From Candidatus Obscuribacterales bacterium (GTDB lineage: Bacteria; Cyanobacteriota; Vampirovibrionia; Obscuribacterales; Obscuribacteraceae), in NCBI GenBank assembly GCA_965228855.1, contig CBDDIJ010000003.1, positions 2,496,001-2,560,000 on the forward strand: a stretch of 64,000 nt of DNA. Reading direction: 5' to 3'. The notes beneath the pieces were generated by a model. That model had not been told where the DNA came from. It was given only the letters and a program-made list of their open reading frames with translations, and did no database searches. Shown here piece after piece: positions 39,672 through 54,600 of this stretch. Within the stretch, counting starts at the first letter, position 1; every line of letters starts with the position of its first letter. The translations under genes and the position numbers were made by a program.

Positions 39672-42600
39672 ATGGCCGACAAACCAGATCCAAAAGCTGA
39701 AAATGCGAAAGACCCGAGCACGGAGCCGGTTAAACCGACTTCGGACAGCACCGCAAGCAAACCGGATGCCGGCGACTCGCATGTCGTAAGCAGTACAAAC
39801 CCGAACGTTCAGACCGACGTCGCGGCAAGCAGCATGACCGATGCTGTGGAGAAAGCACAGACGTTAAACCAGGCAGAGCGCCAGGACCAGACCGGCACTC
39901 AATTTGTTCAGGGTCCGGACAAATCGGACGTGGAACTCTTTGACTCCTCTAAAGAGCCCGCCTCCGACGCTGCGAAAAAAACAGGGGATTCGGACCAGCC
40001 AGAGAAAAAAGAGGTTGCCGAAAGCGCCGACACTGGAGTTAAGACCGAACAGAGTGAATCTAAGCCGGATGCTGGAACAGAAGCTATTCTCTCCAAGTTA
40101 CCTGCTGATCATCAACGAGTTCTCGAAGGCTTACCGCCCGATGCACGCGCTAACTTTGCCAAGCAAATAGACGGCATGGAAGGCGAGTTTGCTCAGAAGA
40201 TGAAAGCCCAGCAGCTGTCAGCGCTTGTTGATACTTTCAATAAGACTACCAAGAATGGTGAAAACGCAAAAATCGGCGACACTATAAACGTCGAAGGAGT
40301 GGTGCGTTCGATTCAGGCGGAAAGAGCAAGAGGTACCTCTGCTGCGAATCGAGGAGGCTCAGCAACCGCAGCACTCGTCAGCGAAGCACCACCAACGAGG
40401 ACTGAAGCTACCGATCCCAATCACGGCACGATTGCGGAAGCTCGCCAGCCGGTCAAACGCGAGACCAGCACACCGACAGCGCCTTCCGACGTCCCTAGTT
40501 CGCAGGTAGCAACCGGAGACGTTCCCGTCACCGTGGTCAAATCAGCGGAACCAGTTGATATAGCTTCCGCAGATCCAAGAAAAGCAGAAGCCGAGCAACG
40601 ACAAGCGGCAGGCGACAAACAAGTTAGCGATTTCATAGCCACCCAGACAGGGGAAGCAAAAGCACCTGCCGACTCTCGTAAATCAATAGCTCAGCAAGGA
40701 TTCGAACCAAAGCCAGGTGCCTACAATCCTGTTAATGTTCCTGGATTCTCGGAAGAAGGAGTTGGCGACCAACATACGTCGCTAAAAGAATCCAAAGTTG
40801 ACAATTACGATATCGAGTCTCGGCAAATGAGCTCGATGACTCGAAATTCAGACAACAGCATCACGAGAACCTACACGGGTGCGATTGATACCGCGGGCAT
40901 GATCTCCTTTTCGTCCGATACAACATTTCAAGCACATGAAACTATAACCAAGGACAACAAGCTTGAAAGTCGGTCTGTAACCTACAATCAGCCTCTTGAG
41001 CTCACGTTCGACACACCTGACGGTCCAAAGAAAATTGCCGACGTCAAAGCTGTTGATACCAAATATGATGCTGCGCGTGACAGATATGTTTCGACAATCA
41101 GAAGTGCGGACGGCAGTCAGCATGAGGCAATCGTAAAAACAGATGGCTCTGTAGAGAAATTCGAGCAGACAGTAAAACTGACGACCGCCGAATATACAAA
41201 AGGCGTGGAAACGAAAGTCTGGCAAGACAGAAACGGCACCATCACTCAAGTTCAAGAGGGTGATGAACGATGGTCTAAGCAGTCAGGAACTGATAAGTGG
41301 GTAAAGCAAAACGCGAACGGCGATTACATCGACGCTAACAATAAGGTTGTTTCGTCAGCATCTGAAGCGGCTTCTTTCACCGGAAGATACGAATTCGTCA
41401 CCTCGCCGCAAAAGGGTTTAGCAAAAGTCGATACAGCTCAACAACAAGCGATCACTAAGTACGCCGATGGATCGCAAGAGCGGATCGTCGGTCTGAAAGG
41501 CGCTCCGGAATTCACGGTTCGAACATCCGCCGACGGCAAGGTGTCGCTGGATTCTCAGTGCGGACACTTCAGCGTCGACGATAAGTCGATGGAAGTCTTG
41601 CCGAATGGAGACATCAAATTCAAAGACACCGACGGACAAAAGACTCTGAATACTGACGGTTCACTGACCAGCACTTACTCGAATCGTACCAACAGTTTTC
41701 AGTCGGTCACAGAAGGTTTCAGCCCGGAGGGCGGACGTTACATCAAGTCAATCAACTTCGGTGAGCAAGCCAAGATCAGCGGCATGGACATGGCCGGCAC
41801 TTGGACCCTGGGTGAAGACGGCAAACTGCACAATGGCTCGAAAACATTCGATGGAGAGTTGAAACTTAAGGACTCATCGACCCTTTCGTACACGGTCATG
41901 GCACCGGAAGGAGTCGAAGGAAACGGCGTACTTCACGGAGACGGAAGCAATTACACCGCATACTACGACGCCGGAAAGAACTTCTCGAAATCTGTCGAGG
42001 GTCTGAAAGACGGCTCTACGATCGAACGGCGCTACTCGTTTACACCCGACGAGCAGAAAGAGCTGAACGCGCGCTACGGCGACCAATTCAACTTCAATGA
42101 AATCACCAGAACGGACGCGAAGGGGCAGACGATCAAACTGATCGAAGCGGCGTCGAAAGGGCACGTCGACGGAGAAGACGACAGTCATATCGTTCAAGCG
42201 ACTGACCCGACAGGAAGAACTTGGAGCCTCATCAATCAGGATAAAAACACCTGGGGCGAAATCGACGCAAAAGGGAAACCCGTTAAAGGCACCAACGGTG
42301 AACAAAACACCTTCACCGGCAATTGGGCGATGCGAAAAGATGGCAGCGGAAACAGCACAGTCACTCGCATCATAGGTGCTCAATCCGAAACGAACAACGC
42401 CTTCAGTGCGCGCTTCCTGGTCGACTACAGGTCAGATGGCGAGATTACGATCACGAACCAAGAAGTCCCGATGATCGGTTACAGCACAGACGCAATGATT
42501 GGCCCTGGCGTTCAACGCGGCGCAAATGGCGATCTGACAATCACCAGCGTCAACACTAAAGACCAATTAACAATCAAGGCAAACGGAGATGTCGTTTCAT

Positions 42601-45600
42601 CGAATCTCGCGCTGAACCCTTACGGCACCACAGGTCTGGTCGAGGGAACCGACGCCGAAGGACAAAATTACGTCAAAGAGATTACGTTCAACGGGCAGAG
42701 CACCACGGGTCCCGGAGCGGGAACATGGCGCCGAGACGGTGATTCGAGCTCCGAGAAATGGCAGCAAATTGACTCATCCGGTAAGCCCACCGGAAAAACC
42801 TTTGATGGCGAGATCACGATGAACAGTCGTCTCTCTGGTGATATGACCATCAAAGACAATAAGAAGCACACTGTAGATAGTGTCACCACCGCTACTGGTT
42901 TTGAACGTCACGAACAGTACGCTTCGAACAATAAGGACCTGGTTAGCTCCTACGAGAAAGCGCCCGACAAATCAACAATAACTCACGATGTGACGAGTGA
43001 CTCGAAGACTATCAAAGAGTACGGTCTCGATGAGCATGTGAAGCCACCCGTCGATAAAACTGTAGTGACGGACGCCAACGGAAATAAAATCACCTATTAC
43101 AGTGCAAAAGACGCCGAAGGTAAAGACTACACTGCTCGCGTCGATGCACCTTCCGGAACTTGGATTCGTGGCGGAGATAGCAGCTCTAACCAATGGAACA
43201 AGGCCACAGCAGAGACTAACGAGAAGGGCGACACGGTTTATAAGCAAACCGGAGAGACCTTCTACGGCAACGTAGAACGAGTTGGAAAGACTGCAATCTT
43301 CACCAACGACAGAGACAATCAGCGCACATACTATCAACCGGACGGCAGCTTCGAGAGACAGTTGCTGACAGAGAAGACAGAAGTCTTGTCGAACCTTGAC
43401 GTTCGCTCGACAAAGCAGCCTGAATACACCATACGTTCAGATGCCAGGGGCAATCGCAGTATTGTCGACAACAATACGGGCAAGACCTACAGCACCACCG
43501 ATGGTGCGGGAAATCCGTTGAAGGTGGACGACAAGGGCAACATGACCTTCACGGATGGTAGCGGAAGAACGATTACCATCGCTCAGGACGGTTCAAGAAA
43601 AGTTGTTGATGCGAACAAAAATGAATTAACCACCGATGCCGGCGGCCGAATGCTTCAACAAAAGGACGCAAACGGCAAAACAGTCGCCAACTACAACTAC
43701 GAACAGAAGGGAGACCAGGTCTATCTAAAATCATTCGAAAACGCCTCCGGCTATTGGGAGATGACTCAACTCGCGGATGGAAAACAAAAATGGGATTTGA
43801 TGAACGGCAAAGATGGCGCTACAGCCACCATGCAAGCCGATCGGATCTACATAAATCGCGACAACAGCATGGTCTTGGAAAACGGCGACCAGCGCACCGT
43901 TCGAAAACTCGACGGAACTGAAATCGTTGAGACCTCGGTAATGACTGGAGACATCACGACGACGACTGTAGTAGTTGGAAAACGTGATGGCGAGAATTTC
44001 ACACCTGCATACACACTAAAAACGACGACAGACAAGCACGACATTCAAACTCAAGAGCTCGAATCAGCAGGTGAACGAGCGGTACGAGGCAAAGATGGTA
44101 TCTGGACTTCGACAGATTTGAAAACTGGCGAAGTAACCAAGTTTGCTGGTCAAATTAGCATCGACGATTCCGGAACTCTTCGAAAGGTCACATTCGAAAC
44201 CGAGAGAAATGGTGATACGGTCACCGTGCTGAAAAACAAAGACGGCACGCCACGCATAAGTAACACCGTCGATGTCTACACCAACGGCTCCTCGTGGCAA
44301 TCCTACGAAAATGGAGCAATGGTAAGCCGTGACAGAGACGGTGACGTTCAATTCAGACAAACCGCTGCTGGTGAAGTCACTCGAATTGATTATTCGACCA
44401 CCTCTCCCAAGGAAGTAGTGGGATTCTCGCAAGGAAACACTTACTGGAAGTTCAATAAAGAAACCGGCAAGTATGTACCGACAGACATCAACAACCCGTC
44501 TAAAATTCTCGATCAACAAAATGACGCGCAAGTCACAATCACAATCAACAATCGCAACGGTGATATTGTCAGAACCAATATCCCTACAGGAGACGTCAAC
44601 ACCAGTAAGCTTGACGGAACCACGGAACTTCATCGCAAAGATAACACCATCGTTTATACGGATTCTCAGGGACGTCCGACCAAACAGATAGACGCCAACA
44701 AAAACGAGTTTGATCTTACTTACGGTCCCAAAGGAGACCTTTCGTCGATCAAAGCGAGAATATACACGGGAGTTGACGACAAGGGTCAGCCCACTTACAA
44801 AGATATGATGGTGCGCACCGAGGACTATACAGGTCCGGGTGCCGAGACCGCCATCGTAGGCAAAAATCTCAAGATCGAAGGATTCAACGATCGCTACCTG
44901 GCTTACGAAAACTCGAAGGGTCACAGGGTTGAAATATATCCGGATACCACTATGCGAGAGTTCGCCGGCAAGGATGTGACTTCGGGCGTAATTCGCGTAG
45001 ACCTGCCCAGCAAGGTCACGGTACTGGCAAAGGGTTACGATGAGAAGAGCACCGAGCAGCCATTCGAAGACCTGGCCAAACGAGGCCCCATAATCAGAGA
45101 TGCAGAAATCGTCGCGACGCCAAAAACGGACTTCGATCGTCTGAGGGCACTTGGCAGAGATTTACCGGCACCACCGGCGACACCACAAGAAATAAAGGCG
45201 TCGGAAAGAAGTATTATTTATAAGAACGCGGATGGCAATGTCGTCGAGCGTTGGGCAAATGGTGCGACCCAGGAATTTCAAAAGGTTCCAAAAACCCCTG
45301 GAAGTTCCGAAACTGTAACCCGAATCAAGTCATCGACCGACAGCACAGGCAGGTACATCGAATACTCGTATGATGATTCGAAAGTAGTCTCGACTGTTCC
45401 AAACAAAATAGAGATAACAGCGATGGTCCCTGGTGCGGACGGCAAAATGGTGCCGAGCACTTCAGTTCTTCAAAGAGACAAAGACGGTAACGCCACCTGG
45501 ACTGAAGCCGGTAAACAACCTGTTGCAATCAAAAACTTCAACGTCCTCGACAACAGGATAATGATTGCGCACACCTCAGACGATCCAAACAATCCAAAAT

Positions 45601-48600
45601 TCCTCGAGTTCATCGACACACGAAACGCAACCAGTCAAGTAATCGGAAAGGACCGCAGTCTTACCGATTTCGACGCTCAAGGCAGAATGACTCACAAGCG
45701 CGACGCTGCTGGCAACGAATTCAATTTCTTCTACAAGGGTGACGACAAGATACCGAGCACCCTCCAAAACATGGATGGTAGCTGGACTCGAACGGTAGAC
45801 AGCCAGAATCCAAATTCAAGCGAACAAACATGGGTGCATGCCGAGTCGGGAGCGGTCTGGAAGGGAACCGTTTCCACCGAAGGCGGTATCTACAAATTTG
45901 AGAATGCCGAAGGCAAACAAACAATACACCAGGCAGATGGAACCGATCGGTCGACTTACCGAGATGGCACGGTTGAGGTTTCCAAGGAAGGGAAAGTACT
46001 AAGTGTTACTGACACCACTGGCAATATCACAAAGTATGAGTACGGAGAGGATGGAAACGCTCCTTACCCAACGGACTTCAAGGTCTACAATGCCGATGGG
46101 AAAGTGGTGGCAAACAGCGATTCGTTCGTAAAGAGAAATTCGGACGGCTCGATTGATGCTGCAAACCAGATTAAGAAAATCGAGATTGACCCTGCGACCG
46201 GTCGCCCTGTAGTGACCTACAATTCCGACTCCGTAATGAAGCTCAGTGTTAACGGTGTTGGCATCGTCTCGGACAAGGAGTCTAAAATAACCGGTCTTTT
46301 CAGACCAGAAGATCACAAATTCATAGAGTCAGGCAAAGACGGCGTCAAAGAAATCACCGTCGATAAGAACGGGAAGATTGAGATCAAGAAGGGCGATGGC
46401 TCCTCAGAATACTTCAAGTCAGAAGGAACCCGCGTCGTAACCGATGCCGCAGGGAATTCAATCGAAGCTCATTCTATAGATGGAGTAACCGTTCTTAAAT
46501 ACGATTACGCATTAAACGAAAAAACTGGCAAGTCTGAACTCACCAGTTTGACGCGCATGACCAAAGACGAAAAAGGTGTTGATCAAATAACCAAGATCGT
46601 CAAGGACGGCGATAAGTTCGTCGAAAGAAGCGGAACTTCCGAAGCGAATCTCAAACCGACCGGCAACGTTTATGACTCGATGTCGAGCTACAGCGACAAC
46701 GTATATTTCTACAATAAAGCGCAGAAAACGCAAAGAACGATCGATGCGAACGGCACGGAATGGGAAGTTCGCCGATTTGGAGAAGGAAGCGACGAGCGCT
46801 TCACGCGGGTAGAGAGAGATACTCTCGGGCGAGTCACCACAGTTCAAGATCAGAATTACAACATCACCCACTTCGTAAGAAATGCCGATGGTGAGCTGAC
46901 CAGAATAATTCAGGGTGACGACGAACTCTTCAAAACCAAGGATAACACCTGGGTTTCCAGCGCCAACCCAGACCTGCAGATTCATTTGAAGGACGGTGCG
47001 GCAGGTCCAACAATCACGGCTAACGGTGATCAAATCTGGCAGGACAAAGATAACGTCACACGGACGGTAAAAGCAGATGGTTCGGTCGAAATCAGTAGAC
47101 CAGACGGATCGCAAACAATCATCAGCGCCGACGGTAGCCTGACCAGAACAATTTACTCTCCGACCGGCGGTGGAGAAGTCCAGGAGGTCAGAGCAGGCAA
47201 AGACGGCTCTGTTCAGGTCATCATGCGCAATGGTGATGTTCTGAGCCAATCCGCGTATTCCAAAATAATTACTTCCACTACTAGAACACCGGCAGAATTC
47301 GAAGGGTCACTAGAAGTTGGCAAAGATGGTCAGTTGACTTTCTTCACGCAAAGCGACAAGTCAACCAACGTGTACTTCTCTGATGGACGCGCGAAATATC
47401 TTCAACACGTGGTTACCGGAGACATCGGAGCTATCGTCTCCAAAGACCTGAAAGGTCAATCACCGGAAAATATCAAGGCAATTACCGACGCGATTAAAGC
47501 GCGTCCGGCTGATGCAGAGTCCGTTTTAAAAGAATACGGAATTGACAAAGACTCTGCACAGGGCCGCCAGCTCATGAAAGACCTGGAAGCGGCAATGATG
47601 TATACCGATAAGAATTCCGAAGCGGTGTACAGCAGTCTCAACGATCTCGGTGCAGTCGGTCCTTATAGAATCGACAACGAATTCAATATGAACGACGCGC
47701 GAGAAGTTAACACGATGAATCGTGGTTTGGACGCTCTTAATCGTTCTTACTACGCGCCGGAACAGCAGACACCAACAAACTCGCAGCAGCCAGGTCAAAT
47801 TCCGCAGACGCAAACAAATCCGAATGGGCCTCCTCCAGGTTCAGATTTGGCCGGTGGCTCACCTCCGATCAGCGACCACGGACAGGCTCAAAACGTCGTA
47901 GATGAAAACGCAAGACGCATCGAAGCAACGTTAAAAACTGCCACTAAAGCCGATGGCAAACCTCTTTCAAGTGAAGAACTCAAAGACGTCGCGTCGCAAC
48001 TTTCATCCAATCCGCAAAATGCGGAAGCACTGTTGAAGGAAAAAGGCTTCGATACTTCAACGGCGAAAGCTCTTTCGGATACTATAAAGAGCCAGCATGA
48101 CACCGCAAATGATACCGCCAGAGACGATATCATTAAGCAAGCACTAAAAGATGGCGGCGTTCCTGCGAATCGCATCGACGAAATTGCAGGCCAAATCAAG
48201 GCAGACCCGAACAACATCGAGAAAATTCTGGAACGTAACAGCGTGCCAGCAGATAGCGTTCCCAAAATCATGGACTCATATAAGTCCGACATGGCAGCGC
48301 TCGATAAAGCAGCTGGATCCATCATTGGAGATAACCTGAAACGCTCCGGTCTGCCCGCCGAAAAACAAGCAGAAGTAGCAGCCCAAATCCAAGCACATCC
48401 AGAAAATGCTCTGCAGATTCTCAGGGATGCAGGCGTTCCAGAGGCAAATGCAACTCGGATCGCCAACGAAATCAATAAAGACATGCGGACTTTCAATCAA
48501 ATCCGCGAGACCGCAGAGAGCCGACATATAGATGCGCAAACAGCCGCGTCTGTTGCACTTGAAACCTATAACAATCCTGAGAACGTAACCGCAGCTCTGG

Positions 48601-51600
48601 CACGAGCAGGGGTCGAAGCAAGTGTTGCAAGAGAAGTCGGTCAGCAAGCTAGCCGCGACGTAGTCAGCGACAACGTCATCGTCGCTCCGACACCAGTCAT
48701 CGTGGCTCCCGCGCAAAATGGACCGCCAACCGATGTGATACGAACGGGCTCTCACACAAATGTCAACGACATCCCCCCGAACACGACGGATGTCGCGAAC
48801 GACTTCAATAGAAGTCGAGCCCAAGTGGACGCGCTCAACGCGGCTGCAGAACAGCAAAGAGTTGCCAATTTCGAACAAAAACGCGAGGTTGGTTCAAAGG
48901 CTGACGAGCGAGCAGACAGAGTCGGCGACGAGATTGCGAAAGAAGCGATACGTGAAGAAGCACGGGCGAAAGAAAGACTTGAATCAGACAATAAGCACCG
49001 GGAAGAGCAAAGACAACAAGAACAGAGAGATGCCGAAAAGCGCGCAGAAGAGCAACAGCGTGTTCAGAAACAGCAAGAAGAGGAGAGAACCCGCAGAGAG
49101 GAAGAACAGCGCAAACAAGCGGAGGAGATCAAACAGCGCCAGGAACAAGAGCGCAGAGAGCTCGAAGAGCGCCAGAAGGACGAGCGTGAGCGTGCGGACA
49201 AAGCCCGCCTAGAATCATTAGAACGAGAGCAGCGAGTTGCCAAAGACAACCTTCTAAAACAACAAGAGCAGGCTCGACTGGAGCGCGATAGAAGTCTCGC
49301 CGAAAGCAATCGCCAGAAAGATCTAGCAGATCAACGCGCTACCGGCGGGAAGATCGAGACCGAGAAACCCGCTCCGGTGGTCGGAAAATTCGAAGGGCAG
49401 ACGCAAACCAATCCACGAAATACGACAGATTCCACGGCGCCGACAACACCACCTCGTCCCCCTGAAACACGCGGAGAAACTCGCCAGCCTGACGCACCGC
49501 GCACAACGACTCCCGGGTCCGACGTCCGCCAACCAGAGGCGCCCCGCACCACAACGGGTCCGGATGCGCGACAGCCAGACGCTCCCCGCACCACTCCTGG
49601 TTCCGAGACGCGCCAGCCAGATGCTCCACGCACCACACCTGGTTCCGAAACGCGTCCGCAGGAAGCTCCACGCACCACCACTGGTGCAGATGCTCGACCG
49701 CAAGAGACGTCCAAACTACCAGGTTCAGATACGCGTCCAGATGTTCGCCCATCGAGTACTCCTCTGGAGGCGGGCAGCGCTCGTCCCACTACAGTGCCTG
49801 GAGCAGACCTGGCGAAAGCGCAGACCGCGGGCTCCGCAAGTGCTCCTGACGGCGCGCTCAAGAGAGACGCGGCCGGTAACTTCACGAAAGTGGATGCGAA
49901 CGGCAGTGTAATTAAAGTTGATGCAAGCGGCAAACCTATCACGACTAAGGAAGCGCCTCTCGGTAAGACCGGTGAGCTCGGTCCCGACGGAAAACCAGTC
50001 GAGAGCGTCGACACCAAAGGCGATACCAGCAAAACCTCCGCTGACAAAGGTGATGGCGATCACAATTCACCGATCGTCGTCCCCGGCACAGTTACGCCAC
50101 CAGCGGGAGAAGTAGTGCAGAAGCCTGCAGGACCCGCTCCTGCAGTACCGGTCGAGGGTGGTGCATTAGACCGCTCAGGAACCGCACCGGCTGGCGATAT
50201 CGTGAAGGGACCAGGCAAAATGTCTGATACGGTGGCTGAAAACACCGTCGACAAAGTTACGCCGCAGCCTGGACCTGTTCAGCCTGGAAGTGTTTCAGGC
50301 ACAACAACAACCACGGCGAATCAATCGACTGGAGCTACTCCGCCTGGTGGCCAGGATCCGGCTCAGACAGTTCCAGCCGGGCAGGCACCTGGACACACTC
50401 CTCCAGCAGCTGGTTCCCAAACCACAGCTCCGGCAACCGACCCATTGAATAGGTCTACCGTTGATCCAAGCGGAAATGTCACCACGCTACCGGCTGGCAG
50501 CCAGCCACCCGCAGGTCAAACACAAACACAAACTCAAACAGGCAAAGAACCTTCCGCACCCGCCGGAACTCAGACTTCGCCTGTAGGCACAGCGCCCACC
50601 CAGCAGCAAGGGCAAGGTCAAAATCCAGGTCCGACCCAGGGTCAAGGTCAAACACCTGCCGCGCAAGACCCATCCACACAATCGCCAGGAACGGGGACAA
50701 CCCCGCAGCCGGCAGGTCAAGGTCAGGGCCAGACGCAGCCGCAGCAGCCATCGACGACGGCACCAGCAACAGATCCGTTAAATCGAAATTCCGCGCCTTC
50801 AGGTCCAGCGACGCAACCGACAGGTCAAACTCCCGCTGCTCAGACCCCGGCAGGACAGGCGCCCACTGGTCAAGAGCCAAGCCAGCAAACTTCCAGTCAG
50901 ACGTCTCCAGGGACGGGGCAGACCCAAACTGGACAGACGCAAACTGGTCAAACGCAGAGCGGTCAACCGACGAGTCAGACTCCAGCAGGTCAAACCCAAA
51001 CGCCTGCCGGTCAAGCACCAACCGGTCAGACTCCTGCTGGACAACAACCGACTGGATCTTCGACACCGGATCCGCTACCGAAAACCACCACCGACCCTGG
51101 TACCACTACTCAGGTTCCCGCCGGTCAAACTCAGTCCGGCCAGTCAAATACTGGTCAACCAACAACAGGTCAAACTACAACGGGTCAGCCGACATCCGGT
51201 CAACCAACCAGCCAAACTCCGACTGGTCAAACGAGCGGTCAAAATCAGACCGGACAGCAACAAACAACTCCAACGGGCTCATCAACTCCGGATCCGTTGC
51301 CAAAGACCAGCACCGATCCTGGTACCACGACTCAAGTTCCAGCCGGTCAAACACAGACCGGTCAGACAACTACCGGTCAGACGACCACCGGTCAAACGAC
51401 GACCAACCAACCGACAAGTGGTCAACCGACGACGGGTCAAACACCGACCGGTCAGCAGCCATCAGGTCAGACAGGTACATCAACTCCAGATCCATTGCCG
51501 AAAACAGGCACCGAACCTGGTACCACGACTCAGGTTCCCAGCGGTCAAACACAGACAGGTCAGTCGACTACTGGTCAAACCACGACAGGTCAGCCAACAA

Positions 51601-54600
51601 CCGGTCAACCAACTGGTCAAACGCCGACCGGTCAGCAAACATCCGGTCAGACAGGAACAGCAACTCCGGATCCGCTTCCGAAAACCGGCACCGAACCTGG
51701 TACCACCACTCAAGTGCCATCCGGTCAATCAACATCCAACAACGCTGGTCCGACCGGTCAAACCACAACTGGTCAAACTACAACTGGTCAGACCACGACA
51801 GGTCAGCCACCGGCGGGTCAGACTCCGAGCGGTCAGACCCCCACAGGTCAGACGACTACCGGTCAAGAACCAGCACAGCAGTTGCCGAAGCAGTCGGACC
51901 CAGGTTCGACTTCGACGACAACCGGTCATCTCCCGACTTCAGGACAGACAACTCCAGGACAGACGCAGAGTCCGACTTCCGGTCAGACTACGGGTCAGAC
52001 GGATCCTCAAAGTCAACAGTCGCCCACTGGTCTGCCGTCCCAGACAGTTCCGAGCGGTCACGCCGGTCAAACACAAAATCCGACGGGAACGACAAGTCAA
52101 CAAGGGACAGCCTCGACTCCGACATCGGATCCATCCACATCACTACCAAAAACTGTCGACCCCAACGCGCCTGCCAGCACCACTGGCAACACCACGACTT
52201 CAACCCATACGGGAACGACACAGAGCGGTACAGTTCCAACTGGCACGAATACGACCGGCACGACGACAACCGGAACAACTCAAACCGGTACGAACCCGAC
52301 TGGAACGAGTCAATCGGGCACCGCGCCAACACAAACACCTCAGACCGGAGCTCCGTCAGGCTCCACACAAGGTGGAACCGTTCAAAACGGAAACGTGACC
52401 ACCGATCCATCTAGCGGCATGCCGGCAGGCACAACAACGAGCCATGCGACCCAGACAACTTCCACGGGCAATGCACCCGCCGGACCGTCATCCGATCCAG
52501 GAAGTATTGGGAACGCCTCCAGTCACGGCAGTGCTGCTCCAACGCATTCGTCGACCAGTGGACAGGCCGTCAATGCAGCGGTTCAGGATATGGCATCACA
52601 AATCGCCACGACCGCGGTCGTCGTCGCCGTTATCAACAGCATGTCCAGCCACGGCTCTCAGCAGCCTCAAGTTCAACAGAAACCCACCGTAGACCCGGGT
52701 TCCACAACGGTCAGCTCCACCCCGCCACAGCTACCGTCGTCCGCTCCGTCATCGTATTCGCAGCCGGCCAATCACTCCGGTTCCACAACCTACACGCCAC
52801 CAGCTAGCAGCACCACCAGCAATACCGACCCTTCGTCGAATACATCCGGCGGCTCTACCACGATTTCAACGGGCTCATCGACAACGCATACTTCATCGAC
52901 GTCGACGCAAGCTCCAGCATCGCCGCAACCGGCATCGGAACCAACTTCCTCATCGTCGCAGCCACAGTCGACTAACCCAGAGCCAAAACAAGTTGCGCAA
53001 GCATCCGAGCCGACAGCGCAACCGTCCCCGCAACATCACTCGAATGCACCGCAGACGAACACAGCGACAACGCCACCTTCCACGCATGCGCCTTCCGTCT
53101 CCACCACGGTTCAGCCAGGGACGCTACAGCAACAACCACAATCGTCGAACCCCGCTCATAGCATCTCAAACACTTCGCAGAATCAAACAGCTGAGCCCGC
53201 CCACAGCACCGCGACGAGTCAATCAGCGCAGCCAGCACCGGCAAACTCCGGCAACATAGCTTCGACTACAACTACTCAAAATTCGACCTCTTCGGCGCCC
53301 GATCCGTCGCAGGCATCTTCCGTCGGCAACACTGATGACGAACAATCTCACAGTCACGCATCGGCGGCCACCCATGCTAACGCGACCCAACAAGGTCCAG
53401 CCGACCCTGGTCAAAACGCTCAACCGACTACGACGACGGTCGTCCACACTCAAACAGCGAACCGTTCTCAACATCAGGGGCAGCAGAACACAGCTCCTCA
53501 ACCGCGCCAAGCAGCTCAGCCTGCTTCACACAACACTTCAGGCGCGCATGGACAGCAAGGACAAACACCCGCCCAGCAAGCTCCGGCTCACACCGCCAGC
53601 GGTGGCACCACTTCCGGCAACAGTTCATCTTCCACTTCGGGCAACACAGACCCCACCGCCACAACTGCGGCGAACTCCCCATCGACTTCCGCAGCGCACA
53701 CCACTAGTGCGACCACAGGGGCGCATGCTAGCGCGTCGCCGACTGGAGCGCAGGCAAGCACAGCTCAGGGCACTCCGGCGGATCCAGCTGCGAAAACCAA
53801 CCTGAATAATACAGATCCAAACAATGATCCCAATGCTGTTGGAATCGTAAGTAACACACAAGCAGACCCAAGTTCTTCATCAAGCGACCCAACGGCAAAT
53901 AGTCAAGATCCAGCTCAAAGTCAGATATCCCAAGATCCATCGATGGCCCAAGATCCTTCGATGACTCAAGATCCTGCAGGTGTCCAAGATCCTTCAATTG
54001 TCCAGGACCCTTCAACGTCTCAGGATCCATCGACTACCCAAGAGCCTTCAACAACTCAAGCTCAAGATCCGAGTTCAGCTCAGCAACAACAGGAGCCGTC
54101 CGAGTCCCAGAAGCAGGCGCCGTCTTCATCGTCCGAGGAGTCCGATGTCACAGCTATTTCAGATCGCAGCGAGCAAATGGAAGCTCAGAAATACGCCAAC
54201 GACAGTCAAGAAACTCAACTGCAGCGCGAGCCTCAGGAGTCTATCGATAAGCAGCCTGTCGTCGATGACTGGTCCGTTGAACCGACCTACGACGCTGCCG
54301 CTGAGCGCGCGCGTATAGAGGCGCAAGTCGACTCCTATTTTGAATCGCAAAAGACTGTCGATCCTCCGTTCGTCGACATGTCCGGCGACAGGGTCATAGA
54401 AAAGCACATGCCGGATGGCACCACGCTGCTGACGTTTAACGACGGAGTCTCCGCCTGGGTTAAGGGCGATCAAGTCACGGTAATTGATTCAGAAGGAGAC
54501 ATATCAAGCTTCGTTGGTCGCATCGACACCGCCGATGGCAACGTCACCATATACGATGCCAACGACATTGTCATTCATTCAACAGAACCGATAGTCGAAT

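Noticed and set aside
51063..51730. Repeat-spacer pattern
   Set aside because: Spacings are multiples of 3 and the spacers are themselves repetitive; protein repeats
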